A stretch of 64,000 bases of DNA from Candidatus Crickella merdequi (GCA_018064645.1 JAGHUT010000064.1:3965-67964), one strand, 5' to 3'; positions 35,512 to 43,868 are shown, counted from the first letter of the stretch. The notes: generated by a model from the letters alone, not told the origin. Translations and numbers: made by a program.

Positions 35512-36516
35512 ATGAGTGAATATGTTAAGCTGGCCCACGGTGCCGGCGGCAAGCAGACATCAGAGCTGATTGAAAAAGTCTTCAAGGCGCATTTTGCTAA
35601 TCCTGAGTTTACTGCTGACGATGCAGCAGTACTGAATGTTGGAGATGGAAGAATCGCTATGTCGACAGATGGTTTTATCGTGTCGCCATTCGAGTTCCCG
35701 GGCGGCAACATCGGCAAACTTTCTATTTGCGGAACGGTAAATGACCTGGCATGCATGGGAGCACAGCCTCTTTATATGACCTGTGCTTTCGTAATAGAGG
35801 AAGGTTTTCCTCTTGAGAAGCTGGAGATGATTGCAGCTTCAATGGAGAAGACCGCTGCAGAGGTTGGTGTTAAGATTGTTGCCGGCGATACTAAGGTTGC
35901 AGGCAAGGGACAGGTAGACAATGTCTTCATAACAACAACAGGCGTAGGCAGGCTGACTGAGGGCTTTGCTACTTCAGGAGCTTTTGCCAAGCCTGGTGAC
36001 AAAATCATCGTTACAGGTGATGTAGGCCGTCATGGCTGCACAATCCTTCTTGAGAGAGAAGATCTGGGAATTGAGGCAGATATCAAGAGTGACTGTGCGC
36101 CTCTCTGGAACACAGTTAAAGCGATGATGGATGCAACTTCAGACATCCACGTAATAAGAGATGCTACAAGAGGCGGTGTTGGTACTGTCCTTTATGAAAT
36201 TGCGGCTGAGAGCAATGTTGGTGTAAGGCTTGAAGCTACACAGGTTCCAGTTGATCCAGCTGTTGCAGGTGTATGTGGAATGCTGGGCCTTGACCCGCTC
36301 TATCTTGCCAACGAGGGAACAATGGTTGTTATTGCTCCAGCAGAGTCTGCAGACAAGGTGCTCGAGGCACTTCGCGGCGACAAGTATGGACAGAAGGCGG
36401 CTGTTATTGGCGAGATTACAGATGTAATGCCGGGAAGCGTAGTAGTAAGAACAGAGATTGGAACAGAGACACTTCTTCCACAGCCAGGAGGAGAGCTCCT
36501 TCCAAGAATCTGCTAA
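35512..36516 (+). CDS. hypE: Carbamoyl dehydratase HypE
   Basis: 334 aa with a PurM-like fold, an N-terminal LAHGAGGK segment and the invariant C-terminal PRIC motif. Confidence 0.92.
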   Translation: MSEYVKLAHGAGGKQTSELIEKVFKAHFANPEFTADDAAVLNVGDGRIAMSTDGFIVSPFEFPGGNIGKLSICGTVNDLACMGAQPLYMTCAFVIEEGFPLEKLEMIAASMEKTAAEVGVKIVAGDTKVAGKGQVDNVFITTTGVGRLTEGFATSGAFAKPGDKIIVTGDVGRHGCTILLEREDLGIEADIKSDCAPLWNTVKAMMDATSDIHVIRDATRGGVGTVLYEIAAESNVGVRLEATQVPVDPAVAGVCGMLGLDPLYLANEGTMVVIAPAESADKVLEALRGDKYGQKAAVIGEITDVMPGSVVVRTEIGTETLLPQPGGELLPRIC

Positions 36517-36526
36517 GGTAGACATA

Positions 36527-37582
36527 ATGACTGATTTATATAAGCTTGTTGACAAGCTGGAAGAGGAGAAAGAACTTTCCCTTGAGGAATGGACAAGGCT
36601 CATCGAAGGGCAGTCCTCTGAGATAAGTGAATATGTTTTTTCCAAGGCACGCAAGGCACGCGAACCCTTTTACGGCCACGAAGTGTATGTGCGAGGTCTT
36701 ATCGAGATAAGTAACATCTGCAGAAATGACTGCATCTACTGCGGTATTCGCTGCAGCAATGTCAAAGTGAATCGATACAGACTGACGAAGGAGGAGATCC
36801 TTTCCTGCTGCAGATCCGGCTGGGAAATGGGCTTCAGGACTTTTGTCATGCAGGGCGGCGAGGATCCATATTACACCGACGAGGTGCTTTGCGATATTAT
36901 CGCTGCGATTCGCGAGGAGTTCCCGGAGTGTGCAATAACCCTTTCTGTTGGAGAGCGCTCTAAAGAGAGCTATCGCAAACTTAAGGAGGCGGGTGCAGAG
37001 CGTTACCTTCTGAGGCACGAGACGGCAAATGAAGAGCACTATAGAATGCTGCATCCAGAGAACCTGAGTCTTGCTGTCCGCAAAGAGTGCCTTTTCAATC
37101 TGCGCGAGCTGGGCTACCAGGTGGGAGCAGGGTTCATGGTTGGTGCACCATATCAGACGGCGAGGCATCTTGCGGAGGATATGATTTTCCTTAAAGAGCT
37201 TAATCCTGCTATGGTTGGAATCGGACCATTCATTCCGCATCATGATACGCCTTTTGCAGATATGAAGGCAGGCACCCTTGAGCAGACAATATACCTGCTC
37301 GGGCTCATAAGACTGATGCTTCCAAAAGTTCTTCTTCCAGCGACAACAGCTCTTGGAACAAGTGATCCTCTGGGCCGCGAGAAGGGAATGGAGGCAGGTG
37401 CCAATGTAGTAATGCCGAATCTTTCACCGACAGAAGTCCGCAAGGACTACCTGCTGTACGACAACAAAATCTGCGTGAACGAAGAGGCCGCCGAGAACCT
37501 CAGGAGTCTGAAGGCTCGTATGGAGGCTATCGGATACATGGTTGTATGCGACCGCGGCGATTCAAAGAATATGGAGAACTAA
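36527..37582 (+). CDS. hydE: [FeFe]-hydrogenase H-cluster radical-SAM maturase HydE
   Basis: Radical-SAM CRNDCIYCGIR motif in a BioB-like fold, with the HydE-typical segments MQGGEDPYY and AMVGIGPFIPHHDTPF. ATG 36527 avoids overlap with hypE; the ORF-track start is 36458. Confidence 0.85.
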   Translation: MTDLYKLVDKLEEEKELSLEEWTRLIEGQSSEISEYVFSKARKAREPFYGHEVYVRGLIEISNICRNDCIYCGIRCSNVKVNRYRLTKEEILSCCRSGWEMGFRTFVMQGGEDPYYTDEVLCDIIAAIREEFPECAITLSVGERSKESYRKLKEAGAERYLLRHETANEEHYRMLHPENLSLAVRKECLFNLRELGYQVGAGFMVGAPYQTARHLAEDMIFLKELNPAMVGIGPFIPHHDTPFADMKAGTLEQTIYLLGLIRLMLPKVLLPATTALGTSDPLGREKGMEAGANVVMPNLSPTEVRKDYLLYDNKICVNEEAAENLRSLKARMEAIGYMVVCDRGDSKNMEN

Positions 37583-38785
37583 ATGAGTATGAACAACACG
37601 CCAAGTGGCGAAAGAATACATATCGGATTATTCGGCAAGCGCAACGCCGGCAAATCGAGCCTCGTCAATGCTCTGACAGGACAGAGCCTTGCCATCGTTT
37701 CGGATGTGCTGGGAACAACAACGGATCCTGTGCTCAAGGCAATGGAGCTTCTGCCGCTCGGTCCGGTTGTAATGATAGATACACCGGGCCTCGATGACGA
37801 AGGTGAGCTGGGGGAGCTGCGTATTCGTAAGGCGTATCAGATGCTGAACAAGTCGGATATCGCGCTTCTCGTAGTTGATGCTGCCTGCGGAATGACTGCT
37901 GAGGATAATGCAATTCTTGAGAGAATCCTCGGCAAAAATCTTCCTTATGTCGTAGTATTCAACAAGTGCGATGCTATCGATGAAGAAAGACGCTTCGCAT
38001 TGTCGGAAGAGCTGGGTGAGAAGAAACATATTTTTGTAAGCGCAGCCGACAGAGAGGGAATATATGAACTTAAAGAACTCATAGGTCACCTGATCCCTTC
38101 CGAATCGGAGAGGGTTCTGATTAGAGATATAATTGACCCATCCGACATAATCGTTCTTGTTGTACCTATTGATAAGGCGGCGCCTAAGGGAAGGCTTATC
38201 CTGCCGCAGCAGATGGTTATCAGAGATATTCTTGATGCAGATGCTGTTGCAGTAGTTGCCAAGGAGGATGAGCTGTCATCTGTACTTGCCAGAATCGGCG
38301 AAAAACCGAAACTGGTAGTAACAGATAGTCAGGTTTTCGGCAGAGTGTCGAAGGATACTCCAGCGGATATCTATCTTACGTCTTTTTCCATCCTGATGGC
38401 TCGTTATAAAGGCGACCTGGAGCTGGTTGTTGAGGGAGCACATCAGCTTGACCAGCTTGACGATGGGGACACAATTCTCATCGCAGAGGGATGCACTCAT
38501 CACAGACAGTGCGGCGACATCGGAACAGAGAAACTGCCGGCATGGATTCTTAAGCATAGCGGCAAGAATGTAAAGTTCGAGTTCGTAAGCGGAACGGAAT
38601 TCCCTGACGATCTTAGTAAATACAGACTGATCGTTCACTGCGGCGCATGCACCCTCAACGAGAAGGAGATGCAGTATCGCCAGAAGTGCGCCGTTGACGC
38701 AGGAATTCCAATTACAAATTATGGAACAGCAATCGCACATATGAATGGAATTCTCAAGAGAAGTCTGGAGATTTTCTGCAAATAG
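37583..38785 (+). CDS. hydF: [FeFe]-hydrogenase maturation GTPase/scaffold HydF
   Basis: GTPase P-loop GKRNAGKSSLVNALTG and DTPG. C-terminal cluster motif EGCTHH...VHCGACTLN (CxHx(n)HCxxC). Confidence 0.9.
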   Translation: MSMNNTPSGERIHIGLFGKRNAGKSSLVNALTGQSLAIVSDVLGTTTDPVLKAMELLPLGPVVMIDTPGLDDEGELGELRIRKAYQMLNKSDIALLVVDAACGMTAEDNAILERILGKNLPYVVVFNKCDAIDEERRFALSEELGEKKHIFVSAADREGIYELKELIGHLIPSESERVLIRDIIDPSDIIVLVVPIDKAAPKGRLILPQQMVIRDILDADAVAVVAKEDELSSVLARIGEKPKLVVTDSQVFGRVSKDTPADIYLTSFSILMARYKGDLELVVEGAHQLDQLDDGDTILIAEGCTHHRQCGDIGTEKLPAWILKHSGKNVKFEFVSGTEFPDDLSKYRLIVHCGACTLNEKEMQYRQKCAVDAGIPITNYGTAIAHMNGILKRSLEIFCK

Positions 38786-38794
38786 AGACAAGCA

Positions 38795-38824
38795 AAAAGC
38801 AGTCTTGTTTGAAGACTGCTTTTG
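38795..38824. terminator. Bidirectional rho-independent terminator between hydF and tenA
   Basis: aaaagcagtctt-gtttg-aagactgctttt, with A/T runs on both sides and convergent genes. Confidence 0.85.
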
Positions 38825-38851
38825 TTATGTCGATATATTGTCGCAGTGGAA

Positions 38852-39526
38852 TTAGAGAATCTCTTCCTCCATCTTGCATGTCCAGCCCATATCCCAGAAC
38901 ATGTACTCGTACTGAGTGCATGCGTACACGATGTGCTTGAGGTGCTGATACTGCTCCTCGCTGCAGCCCTCGCTGTAACGGTCGAACATGTCAATCATGA
39001 GGTCGTTAGCTGAACGGTACTCATCTCCCATATACTGGTTAATCCAGAGGCCGTAGAACTCCTGCTCCTTAGCGCCAGGGAATGTCTCAAGATAATCTCC
39101 GATGAGTTTGTATGTCCATGAGCAGGCAAGTACAGCAGCCATAATTGCATCCATACCCTCTTTCTGAGCGATGGAAATCATATAGTTGGTATATGACTCT
39201 GTTACGATGCTAGGCTCTGCAGCAGCAAGCTCCTCGTTGGTGAGACCAAGTCTCTTGAGGTACGTCTTGTGAATTGCATTCTCAACATCAAGAGTTGCAG
39301 TGATAAGACCTGCAAAAAGTCTCTGGTCAACTTCGCTCTGTGCTTTGATAACACCCATTGCGAACACCTTTGAGTACTGCATAAGATAGAGGTGATCCTG
39401 TGTGATGTAGAACTTGAAGTTCTCCTTAGGAAGAGTTCCATCAGCCATTCCCTGTACGAACGGATGAGTGTTATTCTTCTCCCAGTAAGCAATCATGTCA
39501 TTGTAAAGACGCTCGGAGTTTTTCAT
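38852..39526 (-). CDS. tenA: Aminopyrimidine aminohydrolase / thiaminase II
   Basis: 224 aa. ..HPFVQGMADGTLPKENFKFYITQDHLYL.. is typical TenA. Last gene of the THI-box-controlled yko operon. Confidence 0.85.
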   Translation of the reverse strand: MKNSERLYNDMIAYWEKNNTHPFVQGMADGTLPKENFKFYITQDHLYLMQYSKVFAMGVIKAQSEVDQRLFAGLITATLDVENAIHKTYLKRLGLTNEELAAAEPSIVTESYTNYMISIAQKEGMDAIMAAVLACSWTYKLIGDYLETFPGAKEQEFYGLWINQYMGDEYRSANDLMIDMFDRYSEGCSEEQYQHLKHIVYACTQYEYMFWDMGWTCKMEEEIL

Positions 39527-39546
39527 GATACAAATCCTTTCTTAAT

Positions 39547-40257
39547 TTATTTAAAAATAATTATAAACGCTGTCATAAGCACCAGTGATGCTACTGCTAA
39601 TACTATATCAGAAGTTCGGACTGGTGTCTCTATAGAATAAGTTCTTGGTCCGTCGCCATCAAAGCCTTTAGACTCCATAGCCATGGCAACATTCTCCGAC
39701 CATCGGATTCCGTTAACAAGAGTGTTGAAGAGTGGTCCGAAAGGAATTACTCCTGTGCGCTTGCCCCTTACCGCATAAGCCAGATTAACCTCATCCCATT
39801 CCCTCGAAAGGGTCGGAACGAGATGTAGAGCGGCAAGTATTCCATAAGCGAACTTAGGCTTAAGATGGAACTGATGCATTGTTGACATGACAAAAATCTT
39901 GTTCTTTGTTGTCAGACCGAATAGTATTCCCATGCTTGCATAACTGAGAATTCTTGTTCCCAGAAGAAGCGCTGTATCGAAGGAGGCGATTTCATAGGCT
40001 GTCTTGCTTGCCGCATCGAGATCTGCAGAAGCAAGATTCGAAATGAAAATCAGTCCGCCAAGGAACAGCAATGGCATATAAAGGCCGATCATCACTTTAA
40101 TACTGCATCTTGACAGCAGAGTGAGGCAGAGCAGGCAGCTTACGATAACAGCACAGTTGATCTGCCATGTTCCGCCAATGGCCATCATTATACAGCAGAT
40201 AATAATAGTAACAGCCTTGACTGCCGGATTGAAATTGTCATAAAGAGGACGTCTCAT
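39547..40257 (-). CDS. ykoC: ECF-type transporter transmembrane (T) component, YkoC-like
   Basis: 236-aa membrane protein of the CbiQ/EcfT type. Its start overlaps the stop of the upstream ATPase gene. Confidence 0.65.
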   Translation of the reverse strand: MRRPLYDNFNPAVKAVTIIICCIMMAIGGTWQINCAVIVSCLLCLTLLSRCSIKVMIGLYMPLLFLGGLIFISNLASADLDAASKTAYEIASFDTALLLGTRILSYASMGILFGLTTKNKIFVMSTMHQFHLKPKFAYGILAALHLVPTLSREWDEVNLAYAVRGKRTGVIPFGPLFNTLVNGIRWSENVAMAMESKGFDGDGPRTYSIETPVRTSDIVLAVASLVLMTAFIIIFK

Positions 40258-41786
40258 CAGCGCACCTCCTTTGTAAACTTCTTATCCTTAACATGAAGGA
40301 TAACATCTGCGTAGGCACCTGCAAGACCGGCATCATGAGTGCTCATAATCACTGTAAGACCTTCGTTCTTAACGAGCCCGGCAATAAGATCCATAAGCGC
40401 TCTTGCGGACTTGTAATCCTGTCCGTAAGTAGGTTCATCAAGAAGAAGCAGCTTCTGTCCTGCCGCAATTACTGCAAGGACTGCAAGTCGTCTCTGCTGG
40501 CCCTGACTGAGCATGTAAGGCGAATACTTGTGGTATTTGCGAAGACCGCATGTATCAAGAAGAGCAAGCCCTTTTTCCTTTAGAACTTCCTCCGGTTCGG
40601 AAGGATATCTGCGCTTCAGACCGTCGAGAACCTCAGATAGGACATTCTGTGTCACGAACTGATTGGATGGGTTCTGGAAAGCTATTCCAACTTCTTTGAA
40701 ACAGTCCTTCGCCTTAATGTCGCGAAGCTCACGAATCTCATCTTCTCGAATTTCGATATTGCCGAAATAATCTCTCTGCTTGAGAAGTGTCATCATGAGA
40801 GATGTCTTGCCACAGCCGCTTGGTCCCATGATGGCAGTTATCTTGCCGTCGGGAATGTGAGCATCTGCTTCATAGTATAGAGAGGCGTCATATTCCGGCT
40901 TAACAGAAGTCGCTTTGCCGAACAGTTTTTTCTTTGCAGGAACCTGTGGAATAGTCAGCTGGCAGAAGTGAAGACCCTCTGTCGAACTTTCCGTCGCAAG
41001 AGTTTTCTTCTCCCAGATGCCCGGGTATGCGATTCCCTCTTCTGTAAAAATCGGCTTAGCCGCTTCCAGTTCTTCCTGGGTTTCGGCCTCGCAGAGAATT
41101 GTTCCTCCTTCGCCGATAAGAACATACCTGTCTGCAATGCCCTTCCAGTGGTCTGACATATGGTCGATGGCAAGGATAGTCTTGCCGTCCTTATGGCACA
41201 GATCTGAAAGCACAGGGAGAAGTTCTGATACTGAAGCAGGATCCAGGTTGGCAAAAGATTCATCAAGAACAATGCACTTTGAATTTAAGAGCGCAATACA
41301 GGTCAGGACAGCTCTCTGCTTCTCTCCTCCTGACAGGGTGTGAAGAGGTCTGTCCAGAAGATGAGTCGTTCCAAGCTGTGAAGCGGCTCTTTCTGCTTCA
41401 TAATCCATCTCGTCCGGTGATATGGAGATATTCTCTGCACAGAAGATAAGCTCCTCTCTCAGTGTTGGCATACAGAACTGAAGATCAGGATTCTGGAACA
41501 TCATAGAAATGCTCCTGGCCCTCTCTGAGACAGGAATCTCCTTAACAGATCTGCCGTAGAGAAGGATATCTCCGCTCTTAAGAATTCCACCATTGTCAGG
41601 AAGCAATCCACAAAGAACTGCCGCAAGAGTGCTCTTACCGCAGCCGCTACTTCCCATAAGCACAGTAATCCTGCCCTGGGGAATCTCCAGGGCAGTGTTT
41701 TTGAGAACATCTTTACCTTCCTCGAAATAAGAGAAGGTTACATTGTTGCAACTTATTGCAGGTACTGTCATATTACTCCTCGTCAA
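40257..41786 (-). CDS. ykoD: Duplicated ABC ATPase (A-A' fusion) of an ECF-type transporter, YkoD-like
   Basis: 509 aa with two Walker A motifs (GSSGCGKST, GPSGCGKTS) and two LSGG-type signatures (LSGGEKQR, LSQGQQRR). Confidence 0.75.
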   Translation of the reverse strand: MTRSNMTVPAISCNNVTFSYFEEGKDVLKNTALEIPQGRITVLMGSSGCGKSTLAAVLCGLLPDNGGILKSGDILLYGRSVKEIPVSERARSISMMFQNPDLQFCMPTLREELIFCAENISISPDEMDYEAERAASQLGTTHLLDRPLHTLSGGEKQRAVLTCIALLNSKCIVLDESFANLDPASVSELLPVLSDLCHKDGKTILAIDHMSDHWKGIADRYVLIGEGGTILCEAETQEELEAAKPIFTEEGIAYPGIWEKKTLATESSTEGLHFCQLTIPQVPAKKKLFGKATSVKPEYDASLYYEADAHIPDGKITAIMGPSGCGKTSLMMTLLKQRDYFGNIEIREDEIRELRDIKAKDCFKEVGIAFQNPSNQFVTQNVLSEVLDGLKRRYPSEPEEVLKEKGLALLDTCGLRKYHKYSPYMLSQGQQRRLAVLAVIAAGQKLLLLDEPTYGQDYKSARALMDLIAGLVKNEGLTVIMSTHDAGLAGAYADVILHVKDKKFTKEVR

Positions 41787-42363
41787 TACCAGCTGCCTTC
41801 ATGCCAAGAGCATAACCGCGAAGCACACCAGCCTTGGCAAGACCGTCAGCGATAATCTTTGCTACAAATGCAGTGAAGATAATTGAGCTGATTACACGGC
41901 AGATAATCATGATAACGTTCATCTGGAAGCTGTATGCTGAGTAACCATAGAAGAAGTACTCGCTTACATAGCTTACAAGAGCACAGGTTACTGAGCTGAG
42001 AATCATTGTTGCTGAGTTGAACTTCTTGTATCCTGTTGCGATGAAGCCAAGCTCTGCGCCGAAGCCCTGAATGAATCCGTTAACAAGTGTCATAGGTCCG
42101 AACATTCCGCCCATCATCATTTCGATTGAAGCAGCAAGCATCTCGGCAACTGTGCCGACACCCTTCTTCTGGATGATGTAAGCCGCAAAGGTTGCAGCCA
42201 TGAACCAGAGACCATAGATAAGCTGATATCCGAGAGGCGCATAGCCGAACGGTGTAAGAGCCGCTGTAAGAGCAACTCCAATATAGTTAGCTGCCATGAA
42301 TACAAATGCGAAAAGCACACCGCAAATTGCAATCATAAGAATGTCTTTAAGTTTCCATTTCAT
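41773..42363 (-). CDS. ykoE: HMP/thiamine-precursor substrate-capture membrane component, YkoE-like
   Basis: 196-aa membrane protein. MKWKLKDILMIAI...GLWFMAATFAAYIIQKKG resembles B. subtilis YkoE (from memory). Lies directly downstream of a TPP riboswitch. Confidence 0.65.
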   Translation of the reverse strand: MKWKLKDILMIAICGVLFAFVFMAANYIGVALTAALTPFGYAPLGYQLIYGLWFMAATFAAYIIQKKGVGTVAEMLAASIEMMMGGMFGPMTLVNGFIQGFGAELGFIATGYKKFNSATMILSSVTCALVSYVSEYFFYGYSAYSFQMNVIMIICRVISSIIFTAFVAKIIADGLAKAGVLRGYALGMKAAGIDEE

Positions 42364-42413
42364 AATCTTAAACCTCCTTGTTCTTTGGGAAAAAACTTCC
42401 TGATTGGAATAAG

Positions 42414-42545
42414 AAAAAAGACGCTGCGGATAAATGCAGCGTCTGGTGAAAAAATCATCATTATCCTACGTTGGCATTATCCAAATCAGGTTATGGGTCA
42501 AAGCGTACACGCTTCCTCTCAGCCGACTTAAGTCAGCTCCCCTTT
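42414..42545 (-). promoter_or_regulatory. TPP (THI-box) riboswitch with terminator expression platform
   Basis: Minus-strand reading: GGGGAGCUGACUUAAGUCGGCUGAGAGGAAGCGUGUACGCUUUGACCCAUAACCUGAUUUGGAUAAUGCCAACGUAGGAUA. This contains the CUGAGA and ACCUGAU..GGAUAAUGCC..CG core. It is followed by the terminator cagacgctgca-ttta-tccgcagcgtc-tttttt (42414-42446). Confidence 0.9.
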
Positions 42546-42554
42546 GTCTTACTG

Positions 42555-42583
42555 ATTCTATGCCTTGAGAGAAGAAGAGTCAA
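42555..42583 (-). promoter_or_regulatory. Promoter of the yko-tenA operon
   Basis: On the minus strand: TTGACT (42583-42578), 17 nt, TAGAAT (42560-42555). Confidence 0.6.
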
Positions 42584-42662
42584 TAATAATTGACGGAATT
42601 GTTGATTAATTCTGCGCAAATATGTACACTTTATATATAAGAATCAGGTGATAGGAGTATTC

Positions 42663-43832
42663 ATGAACCCAAGCATCAACTTAACCGAAATAATAATAGC
42701 AAATGCCATGGGAATTATGCTTGCAGCGACAATGCTGATGAGCAATACGCAAACCTTCCATGCTAATTCTATTGGTCATAAATATATAAGAGAAATGATG
42801 GTAATTGCTCTTGTAAGCTGTATTCTGGATCCACTTGTTTTTCTTAGCGATGGAAGAGAGGGCCTTTTCTTCTATCTGGTTATATATATAGGCAATCTGT
42901 TGCTCTTCGTTGCGAATCTTCTCATCGGTCCGCTGTGGGTCAACTATACGGCCGGATATATGAGAGGCGGCCTGTCATTCCGCCACAGGAGGACAATGGC
43001 GACAGTCTGTGTAGTCGGCGTGGTGATGCTGGTGGTGAATCTGTTTAAACCGTTTGTTTTTGCAGTCGATGGCAATAATGAGTATCACAGATTGTGGGGC
43101 TATTATCTGTTTATTGTTCTTGAGCTTGGCTTCATAATTGATGGTATTGTCGCTTATGTCCAGTCAAAGAGGAAACTTGGTGTATTAAGATTTTTCCCTG
43201 TGTGGGTGTTCCTTGTACCGCTTGCCATTGGAATTACAGTTCAGTCGGTTATATACGGAGTATCCTTAATCTGGCCTTGCGTAGTTATCTCAATCACTGT
43301 AATCCTTAACGGAATCAATACAGAGCTTTCGTATCGCGACAAGCTCACCGGTCTGTATAACAAATATTACCTTGATCTGATTAAGGATATGGCCACACGT
43401 TCGCTCAAGAACGAAAGCGGCCGTATTACAGCAATCATGGCAGACATGAACAGCCTTAAGAGCATCAACGACAGATACGGACATCAGGAAGGTGATTTTG
43501 CATTAAGAAAGCTGGCGAGAATAATCAACAGAACTGTTGCAGATGCAGGCAGTGTTGTGAGAATTGCCGGAGATGAGTTCGTAATTGTTCTTAATACACA
43601 GGATGAGAAGGAAGTTGCCGAAATGATCAGTGCGATCAGACAGGCTCTTGCCGACTGGAATACGAATCACGATAAGGAATATACTCTGTCTGTTTCCCTT
43701 GGCTATGGATTTTTCAATTTGAGGGAAGTCACCGTAGAAGAAATCATGCAGCAGATCGATTCAAAAATGTACGAGGAGAAGCGCAGGTTCTATAAGGAGA
43801 ATCCTGCCCTGGATAGAAGAACGCTATATTAA
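42663..43832 (+). CDS. Membrane-anchored diguanylate cyclase-family protein (GGDEF domain with AGDEF variant)
   Basis: About 6 N-terminal TM helices precede a GGDEF domain (..KSINDRYGHQEGDFALRKLA..VVRIAGDEFVIVL..). ATG 42663 follows aggag; the ORF-track GTG is at 42648. Confidence 0.8.
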   Translation: MNPSINLTEIIIANAMGIMLAATMLMSNTQTFHANSIGHKYIREMMVIALVSCILDPLVFLSDGREGLFFYLVIYIGNLLLFVANLLIGPLWVNYTAGYMRGGLSFRHRRTMATVCVVGVVMLVVNLFKPFVFAVDGNNEYHRLWGYYLFIVLELGFIIDGIVAYVQSKRKLGVLRFFPVWVFLVPLAIGITVQSVIYGVSLIWPCVVISITVILNGINTELSYRDKLTGLYNKYYLDLIKDMATRSLKNESGRITAIMADMNSLKSINDRYGHQEGDFALRKLARIINRTVADAGSVVRIAGDEFVIVLNTQDEKEVAEMISAIRQALADWNTNHDKEYTLSVSLGYGFFNLREVTVEEIMQQIDSKMYEEKRRFYKENPALDRRTLY

Positions 43833-43834
43833 AG

Positions 43835-43868
43835 AAAAAAGCCCGATTCAAATAGAATCGGGCTTTTG
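43835..43868. terminator. Bidirectional terminator between the GGDEF gene and the flavoprotein gene
   Basis: aaaaaagcccgattc-aaata-gaatcgggcttttg. Confidence 0.85.

Noticed and set aside
30900-37243. Minus-strand ORFs 30900-31637 (245 aa), 30920-31372, 32069-32728 (219 aa), 33442-33933, 36139-36654 and 36536-37243 (235 aa)
   Set aside because: All lie antisense to motif-rich nif-like, hypF, hypE and hydE genes. None carries a recognisable domain. These are shadow ORFs in GC-richer coding DNA.
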